DNA of 63,200 nucleotides, filler included, from Stramenopiles sp. TOSAG23-3 (Eukaryota): NCBI GenBank assembly GCA_900128585.1. It is 14 parts of 14 records of this genome, joined end to end, with 100 filler letters (N's around TTAATTAATTAA, not from the genome) between each part and the next. Parts side by side here need not be neighbours in the genome. Positions count along the whole stretch, not along the records: positions 54,297 to 58,701 come from LT643839.1; positions 58,802 to 63,200 come from LT643840.1; 12 more parts are not named here. One strand, 5' to 3'. Shown piece by piece: positions 54,298 to 63,200 of this stretch (position 1 is its first letter; each line of letters starts with the position of its first letter). The notes under the pieces were generated by a model. It saw only the letters and a program-made list of their open reading frames with translations, ran no database searches and was not told where the DNA came from. The position numbers and the translations under genes were made by a program.

Positions 54298-56622
54298 CCA
54301 CCACCACCAACGCCAATACCACCGCCTCTCGATGAGCATTTTGGGTTTGGTGGGAGCACTCCAAAGGCCAGTACCCCGAAAACCCCAGGCAGTCGGCTGG
54401 CGAAGTGGAAGGCGAAAAAGAAAGAACGTGAGAGGAAGAGATCGGAGAGCCTGGACTCGCCCAGCTCCGATATGATGGGGGTTTCGGGACATAGACCAGC
54501 CGTAACACCTGCCGCAACACCGGCTCTCCCAAGCGACACGTCCGAGAAGAAAGATGTGGAGAGGCCACAGGAATTAACAACAATAGAAAACGACGACATT
54601 GCTGCTGTAGAGGAAAAGGCACAGGCAGTTATGGAAAGAAAAGTGGAAAAGCCAGACGATGGCGGACTGCAAAGAAATAGAAAATTGCCGGCGAAAAAGA
54701 AGAAAGGCCCTGCCCCAGAGCCCTCCCATATAGTATATAAGAAACGGCCGAAGGGCGGGCAGATAGTTGTAGAAAGAGATAAAAAGAAAACGTTCGATGG
54801 GAAAACCTCATACTGGGCGACTCTTTTGTACTGGCGAAAGGTCCAGCTTCTTTTGATCGTGGTTGGCTACGCCCTTGGCATGTTTGCGAATGAGTTTGCG
54901 TGGGATCGCAACAAAACGGTAGAATCAAGGACCATATGTTCGACAAAGACGGTGTGGGTAAGCCGGCTGGAGGAATGCCCATTTGAGGACGACGTTGTCG
55001 TAGGAAAGGCATTCCCCGTAACCAACCAGCGAAACACGATCAACCTCCTTCGGGCCATGAATACCCTGCTCTCCATCATGTTAGTAGTGTCCGTGCGCAA
55101 GTTTTACTGGACGCTTATACGCCTGGAAAAGCTCCGTTGGCCAAAATGTTCCCCGTGGAGGTACGACTGTTGGATAGAAAGTGCGATTTGCATTCTGCAC
55201 TGTCCGCCTTTCATTGAAGAGATTGCGGGGACGAAATCGCCATTTTGGATGGTGGGGCTTACGCTGAGCCAATGCTTTCGGCTGTACTCCGTGGTCGCTG
55301 TCATTTACTACATGTCGAGGCTGCACAAGGAAGAGGGCCAGCAGATATCTCACATGTGCAATATTAAGTTCACTACAAAAAAAGCGCTAAAAATCATGTA
55401 CAATTGGAACCCACTCGTTGCGTCCTTTGGGCTATACCTGATGGTCCTGGCCGCTGGTGGCTTCATGCTAATGGTAGCAGACAACTGGTACTGTGCCTGG
55501 AAGCCCGGTGATTATTGCCATAGAAAGTATGAGTACAGAGTCCAAAAAGAGCCATTTTTGTCCTTTTCCGAGTCCGTGTGGATCTGCTGGCTGACCTTCT
55601 TCGGGGTTGGTTACGGCCGGTCCGTCCCGCACTCGAGCTACGCAAAACTTGTGTGCGTGTATGTCGCGTTGATGGGGAAAATCCTTGTGGCGAGCATCAC
55701 TGCGAACATTCTGGGTGCCACCCGGCTCTTGGAACTGCACGAACGCGTCCATAATTTTGTGACAAAGTGGGACAAGGACGCAGTTCGTAATTCAAAAGCT
55801 GCAAAGGTCATCCAACGAAGCTGGCGGTACCGGCAGTCGCTGGATGCTGCGTTCAATTGGCAGCCGGCCAAATTCACAAAAAAATCGTCCAGCGGGAAGA
55901 AGAAGGAAGTGACAAAACTTAAGTATAGATCGTCCCACCTGCCTTTCATTTTAAGAATGCAACTGTTTGACGCCATACGCGAGTGGCGGCAGTCACGCCA
56001 GGCGTGCGGCCGGCAACGAATGGATACGAGCGATACAAATTACCAGCTCGACTTGACAAGAAGGTCCGTGTTCGTGTTGGAAAACTTCTCCAAAACATTT
56101 GGAAAGATCGTGAAGACAGCTGAGGAGTTGGGGTACGAGGCGTCGGCTCAAATTCTAAAGGGTGGGGTGATGGTCCATTCAACGCATGGGCCAGAATGGT
56201 TGAAAGAGCTGGCCGCTTCGATGAAATCCCTAGAAAAAAAAACCTCGCGCGTCACTTCGGCCGTCGCCCTTGCTAAGGCAAAGGTAGAGTACTCCACCAC
56301 CAGAGGGCAGAGACAACGGCTTGCAAATGCGATGGCACGCCATTCTTCCACGCCTCCGTGGTGGAGAAGGGTTACGTCAGGGCTTTTCGGGGAAGGCGGT
56401 CGAAACGTGTCCACAGTTTCCCCGTACCACGACCTCGTCGCGAACGTTTACAGTGACGACGAGTGCGTGCAGGGTGGCAAGCACGAGTTCGCCCTACGAC
56501 CAAATCTGCATGCTAATTGTTTGAATTGTGGCCACGAAGACGGCCATCGTGGAGAGTTTGATGATGGAAAGGATTGGTGTGTCAAGTGCCAGTGTTGCAG
56601 AAATTGCTGCGCGCACTTTTAG
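54298..56622 (+). CDS. SK/KCNN-like calmodulin-gated ion channel with atypical filter (5' truncated)
   Basis: ESAICILHCPPF, RLY, ESVW..WLTFFGVGYGRSVP, AAKVIQRSWR; frame open upstream of ATG 54472 to the contig edge; Cys-rich C-terminus. Confidence 0.8.
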   Translation, partial: PPPPTPIPPPLDEHFGFGGSTPKASTPKTPGSRLAKWKAKKKERERKRSESLDSPSSDMMGVSGHRPAVTPAATPALPSDTSEKKDVERPQELTTIENDDIAAVEEKAQAVMERKVEKPDDGGLQRNRKLPAKKKKGPAPEPSHIVYKKRPKGGQIVVERDKKKTFDGKTSYWATLLYWRKVQLLLIVVGYALGMFANEFAWDRNKTVESRTICSTKTVWVSRLEECPFEDDVVVGKAFPVTNQRNTINLLRAMNTLLSIMLVVSVRKFYWTLIRLEKLRWPKCSPWRYDCWIESAICILHCPPFIEEIAGTKSPFWMVGLTLSQCFRLYSVVAVIYYMSRLHKEEGQQISHMCNIKFTTKKALKIMYNWNPLVASFGLYLMVLAAGGFMLMVADNWYCAWKPGDYCHRKYEYRVQKEPFLSFSESVWICWLTFFGVGYGRSVPHSSYAKLVCVYVALMGKILVASITANILGATRLLELHERVHNFVTKWDKDAVRNSKAAKVIQRSWRYRQSLDAAFNWQPAKFTKKSSSGKKKEVTKLKYRSSHLPFILRMQLFDAIREWRQSRQACGRQRMDTSDTNYQLDLTRRSVFVLENFSKTFGKIVKTAEELGYEASAQILKGGVMVHSTHGPEWLKELAASMKSLEKKTSRVTSAVALAKAKVEYSTTRGQRQRLANAMARHSSTPPWWRRVTSGLFGEGGRNVSTVSPYHDLVANVYSDDECVQGGKHEFALRPNLHANCLNCGHEDGHRGEFDDGKDWCVKCQCCRNCCAHF

Positions 56623-56704
56623 TAGCGCGGTGCTGCACGCGCGCGCTTTGCTCCTTTTTACAGTAAAATAAATATACGCCCTCTGATAAACTAATACGTT
56701 GAAA

Positions 56705-57040
56705 CTACAGTAGTGTACACTTTGATTTTGAATCGTTCGGGCCACAATTCGCGACCAACGTGTCGATCACGGTTTCGTCACTGGGATCGCTTTCCCCATC
56801 ACCGTTCACAGCAATTAGTTTGAACTGAAAGGTGCTTGTTGGAGACAATCCTTCCACAACAACAGTGCAATTTTGATCAACCCCTACCGTAGTTCTAAGG
56901 GCCTCACTCCACTCCTCTGGGACTTCTTTGGATAAAACGACGTAACCCGTAGCCCCGTCGATAGGCTCCCAGGTCACACGAGCGGAAGTTTCTGTCGGTT
57001 CATTCACCTGCGGCCGTTTCGGTGCTGCAAGTGGTGCCAT
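56705..57040 (-). CDS. Single fibronectin type III domain protein with CAAX motif
   Basis: P..P......SARVTW....ATGY.V, VEGLSP.STFQFK..AVN..GES.PS; ends CTLL. Confidence 0.85.
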   Translation of the reverse strand: MAPLAAPKRPQVNEPTETSARVTWEPIDGATGYVVLSKEVPEEWSEALRTTVGVDQNCTVVVEGLSPTSTFQFKLIAVNGDGESDPSDETVIDTLVANCGPNDSKSKCTLL

Positions 57041-57630
57041 AGTTAATCTCTTTCCTTCACGGGTCGGTGTAAATGAGTGCGCTCGTGCCTAAATTTTTCC
57101 CCTGCACTAAACACTCCTCTGGTGTTCAAAAAAATGAACAACCGATCGAATAATTATTCTCTTTGAAATACTGTTCCTGGTTAATCAATCGTCGGTGAGT
57201 GACGGTGAGACAGACGACGACGACGGTCATCTCATCGTCGGTCGTGTCGTCGAAGAATCCGAAAGAAGAAGAAGAAGAAAGAAGAAGAAGAAGAAATATA
57301 ATAATAAATAATAAAGAAGAAAAAAAAGAAGAAATAAATTTTAAAAAATATTATTATTATGCTATGTGGCTGTTATTTATTTTTAATATTTATTATTTTA
57401 TTATTATTATTTTGTTGCGGCGATGGAAGAAGAAGAAGAAGAAACAACTCTAATAATAATAATTAATAAATTCGGGTACACCAATTATTATTCTCATATC
57501 ACGGTGGTGACGGCGGCGTTATTATCTTTTAGTTTTCGATGTGTTATCAAGAAAGAAAGAAAGAAGAGATAATTTAGGAAAATTCGTTGTAAAATTTCCT
57601 TTCAACTCCCCCTGGTAAAAGCGGTGGCAC

Positions 57631-58542
57631 ATGGCTTCCGTTCGACCCACTTTGATGCCGAGTCCTGAGACCCTGCAGCCGACAACCACGGAAAACTGCT
57701 CTTTCAAGACCGCGGACGGCTCAGTGTTGACGGGGATACTTGTGAGCAGCACGAAGACGCACCTTCCGAGATCAAACTACGTCGCAATTTTTATCCATGG
57801 TTTGTGGCAGCACAAGAATATTGCTTTTTTGAAGCGCTTTGGCCAGACGATCCCAGGCGATCCAGAGTTTGAAGGTTTGTCAACGTTTCGGTTCGACGTT
57901 CGCGGGCTTGGAAAGAGCGAAGGCCGAACCTCGTTTACCCCGCATTTTTCCAACAAAGAAGATTTAGAAGCAGCGATAGCGTTTGTCGAATCGCGGGGGT
58001 ACGCAGTACACTGTCTGTATGGGTACAGTGCGGGGGGGAACGTCAGCATGATGTACGCTGGGACTGCAAACAAGGGAAAGAAAATTCCTTACATAGTAAA
58101 CTCTTCCGCCAGGTTCGAAATGGATGGTATCGAAGATACGCTATCAGAAGACAATCGAACGCTGTTGAGAGAAACGGGGTCTTATACTTTCAGATTTACA
58201 AAGCGCGGTCGGCCGGTGGAGTGCGTGGTTTCACAACAGGATATTGAACTCTTCAAATCCATCGACATGAAGAAGTACTGTGAGAGCATACCTTTCGAAA
58301 CGAGGGTTTTGCTGACGCACGGACTAGACGATGTTCGCGTACCACCAGAGGATTCGGCCAGGTTTGCCACGTCCATCGTCAATATGACCCAGCATTTGCT
58401 TCCAAACTGCGACCATGGCTACAAAGGCACCGAAGTGGTAGAAAGCTTGTATGCCGTGTTCAAGGAATGGTACTTGAGGGATGCGGAGAGGCACACAGAA
58501 AGAAGATTGCACGCTGCACGCAAGGGCAAGGGCAAGCTGTAG
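57631..58542 (+). CDS. Alpha/beta-fold serine hydrolase
   Basis: IHGL, RFDVRGLGKSEG, GYSAGG nucleophile elbow, HGLDD.RVP, CDHGY. Confidence 0.9.
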   Translation: MASVRPTLMPSPETLQPTTTENCSFKTADGSVLTGILVSSTKTHLPRSNYVAIFIHGLWQHKNIAFLKRFGQTIPGDPEFEGLSTFRFDVRGLGKSEGRTSFTPHFSNKEDLEAAIAFVESRGYAVHCLYGYSAGGNVSMMYAGTANKGKKIPYIVNSSARFEMDGIEDTLSEDNRTLLRETGSYTFRFTKRGRPVECVVSQQDIELFKSIDMKKYCESIPFETRVLLTHGLDDVRVPPEDSARFATSIVNMTQHLLPNCDHGYKGTEVVESLYAVFKEWYLRDAERHTERRLHAARKGKGKL

Positions 58543-58801
58543 TGGGGGGGGGGGAGTGCCGTATTATCTTTAGTTCAGCGTGGTGGCTTTTTTTAAAATA
58601 CAACATATCATATCACAATATGATATATAATTTAGCAAAAACATATTATATGAATTAGTTAAGTGCTCCTAGAAGAATCTTACAGAATTTTGAGCTTTTT
58701 ANNNNNNNNNNNNNNNNNNNNNNNNNNNNNNNNNNNNNNNNNNNNTTAATTAATTAANNNNNNNNNNNNNNNNNNNNNNNNNNNNNNNNNNNNNNNNNNN
58801 N

Positions 58802-60000
58802 GTCAACCGTTCCATCTGGGGAGGCAATGTCGTCAAATTACAATTGCGTATGAACACTTTTCGTAACGCTGCCATCTCGTCTACCATAGAATTGGGCAAC
58901 ACCGTCAGGGTGTCATCGTTCGCCATCTTCAAAGAGGCACAATTGCACGTTGGTGTGAACAGACTTTTGCAAAATGGAACCTTCAGGCCGCAACCGTTTT
59001 CCCATATCTTCCATATCTTTTCATCACACTCACTTGGCCGCGACACCACATGTGCCACTGCCACGACAAAAAAGAACAGGCCATATCCAACATTATATAT
59101 ACCAAATGCATCGGAAACCACTTTCGGTATACGCTTCTCCTGTTTCATTACAATGATCTCACTACGACTTCTTCTATTCTCGTCAACGGAGGACATGTCT
59201 TGCTTCCGAACAATAGAATATTCTGTTCGCACTAAGATAATCTCCCTTAAAATTGATCTTGACTTGCTGAATAAGCAAAGAGATGGCAACATCGTTATTT
59301 GTATCATTTCGGGGATCGATATTGGGATTTGATAACCAAACCACAAAACAGAGAGAGGTACTGCTACACACAGAAAGTCAATACACATATCTATTTTGAT
59401 TTGCCGGTCCCGTCGCTCAACTGTATAGGCTTGCCTCAAGTTGCAGGATCGATAAAATGCATCGATGCTTAGAACCAAACACATACTGACGGTTAGCGGC
59501 AACGGCAGCGTGCACAAATAGACCGTGTTAAGGTTAATAAGTTGGTTGATACTCTCCACAAACTCAGTAAAATATAATTTCCATAAAAACAGGACACCAT
59601 TGATTTTGAAATACCTTCTACAACTGCAAATAGTTTGAATAAACCCCCCTTTGTTCCGTCTATTTGAAACTGTTGTTCGTACGGCCCTTTGGGCAAGACT
59701 TTTCCATGCAAACAAATATTGAAGGCTGAGCAGAACATACATCAGCGCAATAACCAGAAACAACCACACCCAAGGTCGGTGCCACGCCTGAAAGGATTTG
59801 GTATATAAAAATGTGATATAGACAAACAATCCCGCAATCCCAAACAGAAGCAACAGTACTAACGCACCATCCCAGCCTACGTGGGTAGAGAAAGCTATCT
59901 GAACATTTACCTTCTGCTGCTGCTGCGTTGCACTATCCAACTTGTTTACCGCTGTCAGTTCAATGTCTGTTGGGGTCGCGGAAGGAGGAGATGAGTCCAT
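58802..60000 (-). CDS. Multi-TM protein followed by Cys cap and leucine-rich repeats (3' truncated)
   Basis: Several hydrophobic helices; C..KVPFC......CNCA; LRKVFIRNCNLTTLP. Confidence 0.75.
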
Positions 60001-61485
60001 TAAAAGTAATAGCTAGACTCCAACCCTACTAAAACCAAGCCTCTCGCTTCTCTATTTCTACCGGCAGTGTATAGATGGCGCAGTTTCCTCTCAATAAACT
60101 GCAGAGAAAAAAACGATGCCACTAGCAAGGCGCACCAAGTATCACAACAAGGCCTTCTCTCGAAAGCAGCCCCCCTTGGTTCTCGCTGAAGCAATTTTCC
60201 AAGCAGTAGGCTTCGACAATAGCACAGCAGGTTTGTTTCTCTTGTTAACCCGGCTTTGCTTTCCTGAAACGTGCTGCAAAATAACCTCGGTGCCAGAAAC
60301 GAAGGCACTCGATCCTGCGCGCACGATCCAAACTCGTGGAGTAGCTATTCCGCTAGTACGTACCGTTCTACGATACACTCAAAAAAGCTCGACACTGTTT
60401 TTCTTGCGAGATACAGCAAGACTCATCCTTCCGACAAGCAGAAATATCGTTTCATCGGTTGCGATTTTTGCTTGCAGTTCCGGGGCTTTCCCGTCCGGTC
60501 GAGTACTGCATGCATACCGTCGCGGTCTTTTTTTAACCGCCGTGTTTTTTTCGTCGTCTCGCAGCGGTATATTAATAACTAAGGAAAACGTTGTACTTGT
60601 TGGTGCGCGTTGAATACGAACAGACAATAATTTGTTCTCCGACCACCGTTGTATCCCCCCCCTGTCGAGTGATTCAGCACCCGGGGTTAACAAATCCTCC
60701 TCCTCGTGGCCAGCAATAGGTAAATTTGGTTACCAACAAGTATATTATTTGGTAGTCATAATATGCGTCACTCGTACCGTTTTTTCCTATCAAAGTGCAT
60801 CGTTTGGAATGGCATGGCGAAAATGAATAGGAACGTACACAGGCAAAATTAATTAGCATCCTCTCTCGAATAAATTCGGAAGAAAACTATGAAAAATATA
60901 GAAAAGGAAGAATTATTAGAAAACTTTGAAAAATAGAAAAGGAATTATTACGCTTTTTTACAATTAAATTAGCCCTAATTTTAAACTATACTTCATTCTT
61001 CCCCTCAAAATGATATTCACTAGTGCACTAGTGGGGAATATCGACGCTACGGAAGTGTAGCAAAATTGGCAAAAAATAATTTGTCTTCAAATTTTCATTA
61101 TTTCCAACGGTGTGAAGTGTGAATACATTATAATGTAATCACACCGTTGTTGGGTTTTTAAACCCACGCACTCACGCACCCACTCCTTTTCTTAGTTCGT
61201 CTGAAAATTTTAATATATATTAATATGCAAACAGCAGCAGGTAAATAATACCTACCTTGCTATTAATAAAACACAAGAGAAAGAAAGCCGCTGCCACGTA
61301 AAGGTGAACTGTACAAAGTGGCAAGGAAACTATACTGGAAAAACATTTGAATGTTTCAGGCTATTTTAAGATTGATATAATTGTAAACCAACGCAAATTT
61401 ATATTTTTATTCGCACTCTGCTATTTTAATTTTTATAGCATACAATTATAATATTCAGCACTTCTTTGAGAACGCGTAAGACAAG

Positions 61486-63033
61486 ATGTCCAATACAGAC
61501 AATTGCGAATGGGACGGCTACGAAACAAGCAGAGTTGTAGGTAGTGTTGTCCTTATCCTTGAAACCGTAGAATTTATTTTCTTCCAGCGCGTACAGCCAT
61601 TGCTGGTACGTGCTTCTGGTGAGCTGGGGCCATTATATAGGCAAAAAGTTCAGGAAGATTTATCGATGGCTGCTGCAAAGGGAATCTCCTTTATCAACCT
61701 TGCCTTGGGCTATCAAGCTAACTTTTTTTATGTTGGTGTTGTTGCCATAATATTTGCTTGCATGTTAGCTATTACTCCGATGCATGTCGAGCGTAGATTA
61801 CTGAATCGAAATTATGGTCTTTTTGCTATAGGTACAGCAGGTTTCCAATTCTTAAAGGGGTTGTTATATATTTCCATATCGACGGCTATTATTCGGGTTA
61901 ATCATGAGCTAAGCCTATTAGCTGACGCTCCTCAACTTGACTACCACATGATACACGATTATTGCATATTGATAATATCATTGCTCTTTGGACGTGTTAT
62001 TGCAGGTTGTGTAGCTATATATACAGCAGGAAAACTGCAAAAACCTGCAGAGAAACCAGTTGATTGCGTTGCTTGGTTATTGTGTTTTTTCGTTCCCCCT
62101 TACTGTTGCTGTTGGTTTTGCTGCCCGGTTGATAGTGATGAGAAAAACATCGAAACCGAATATGTTTTTGGTACTTGCTCTTGCCTGTTGGTAGTATTAC
62201 TATTTCCCTTCGGGTTGCTCTTTTTACTTTTCCCCATTGATATCGGTGAGATTAGGGTTAGGGTTAAGGTGAAAAGCAAAAGTGGAAGAAAGCGAAAGAA
62301 ACGAGACCGGTACCACCGACAATTAACTCAATTTTATTCAGTGCACAACCCTGATAAGATCGATACAGTAGATGATATCCTTGACCGGTTCGAGGGGAGA
62401 GAGGATGAAATGGTAGAGATGTTAGAAAACAAGTACAGCGCCACCTTAGAAAAGTCAAAAAAGAAGGAAATAAACCAAATGCCAGGTATTGGATTTGATA
62501 AGACGGGAAGAGGCGAAGTTCTTTGCGAAGAAAACGCGGGGAGAGAGGATGAGGTGGTTCAACACATGCAAAACAAGTACAGCGCCACCCCCCTACATGA
62601 GCCAAAAAAGAAGAAAATAAACCAAATCCCTGATACTGGGTTTGATAAGATGGAGAAAGGCGAAGCTCTTTGTGATGAAGAGAGAATAGCTTTTCAAGAA
62701 GAGATTCAGAGGCTAAAAAACGAAAATGCAATCTTTCAGAGAAAAGCTTTTCAAGAAGAGATTCAGAGGCTAAAAAACGAAAATGCAAACTTTCGTGCCA
62801 AGGGCGAACCGACTCTGCTAGAGCGCGTCGGTCACGAAGATAAATTGGCAGCCCACGTCCGAGTACATCAAAGTGCTCGCGCGGAAGCAGAAACTGCCCA
62901 GTTAAGTATGCTCGAGGAAGACGAACGCAGGGAACAAAATAATGCTAAATACGCGAAAAGAAAAATAGGAAAGAAAAAACATGACCCAAATCCAAGTCCT
63001 TATAAATATGATATTTCCAACCTGCGCACTTGA
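61486..63033 (+). CDS. Multi-TM protein with Cys cluster, FY..HNP.K...V..IL..F.GRE...LE.KY module and internal repeats
   Basis: 515-aa ORF; hydrophobic N-half, YCCCWFCCP; 144-nt duplication (62395/62539) and 57-nt duplication (62688/62745). Confidence 0.75.
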   Translation: MSNTDNCEWDGYETSRVVGSVVLILETVEFIFFQRVQPLLVRASGELGPLYRQKVQEDLSMAAAKGISFINLALGYQANFFYVGVVAIIFACMLAITPMHVERRLLNRNYGLFAIGTAGFQFLKGLLYISISTAIIRVNHELSLLADAPQLDYHMIHDYCILIISLLFGRVIAGCVAIYTAGKLQKPAEKPVDCVAWLLCFFVPPYCCCWFCCPVDSDEKNIETEYVFGTCSCLLVVLLFPFGLLFLLFPIDIGEIRVRVKVKSKSGRKRKKRDRYHRQLTQFYSVHNPDKIDTVDDILDRFEGREDEMVEMLENKYSATLEKSKKKEINQMPGIGFDKTGRGEVLCEENAGREDEVVQHMQNKYSATPLHEPKKKKINQIPDTGFDKMEKGEALCDEERIAFQEEIQRLKNENAIFQRKAFQEEIQRLKNENANFRAKGEPTLLERVGHEDKLAAHVRVHQSARAEAETAQLSMLEEDERREQNNAKYAKRKIGKKKHDPNPSPYKYDISNLRT

Positions 63034-63200
63034 GAAACCTAAGTTTGGTATTATAAATATGAGGGAAGAAATTAATCACAGCGCTGCTGCTGCTGCTGTG
63101 TGGTATCTTTTTTAGGATTTATTATTATTTCGCATTTTCTTCTTCATCATTCTTCACATGTAATTTATAATAATATAAAATATATAGAAGTCTTCTAAAT

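Overview
This window is not one locus. It is 14 unlinked contigs of about 4.4 kb, sorted by decreasing length (4445, 4444, 4442 ... 4405 nt) and joined by an artificial 100-nt spacer (N44-TTAATTAATTAA-N44), so gene neighbourhood only has meaning within a contig. The DNA is eukaryotic and intron-poor, most likely a stramenopile protist (CDC48 carries [10 protein letters not shown], a signature I recall from oomycetes and diatoms). GC-rich genes are separated by very AT-rich, microsatellite-laden spacers. Recognisable genes: CDPK-like kinase, MEMO1, METTL21-family methyltransferase, CDC48/p97, NC2-beta/DR1, VPS54 (one 93-nt intron reconstructed), FKBP, PCGF-type RING, eIF3h, a cyclic-nucleotide-dependent kinase, Elp3, Ras, an SK-like channel and an alpha/beta hydrolase. 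Most interesting: (1) a secreted prepro-protein with an apolipoprotein-L/alpha-pore-forming-toxin-like hairpin, plus a second secreted protein sharing an F-(L/F)-E motif, suggesting a predatory/extrusome secretion system; (2) a patch of short virus-like genes next to eIF3h; (3) a frameshifted CRE-like non-LTR retrotransposon remnant beside a frameshift-split AT-rich gene; (4) an ~80-bp repeat shared by two contigs and an ACACAGCA motif recurring in intergenic DNA of seven contigs; (5) unusual architectures (ANK-PH-IQ-WW-fimbrin, DCX/KHA-Ras, eIF4B-motif-R3H-UBA, tail-anchored Elp3, a K+ channel with a GVGYGR filter, a PKG-like kinase with cAMP-type pockets). No rRNA, tRNA or CRISPR array was seen. 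All family calls are by motif recognition, not database searches.
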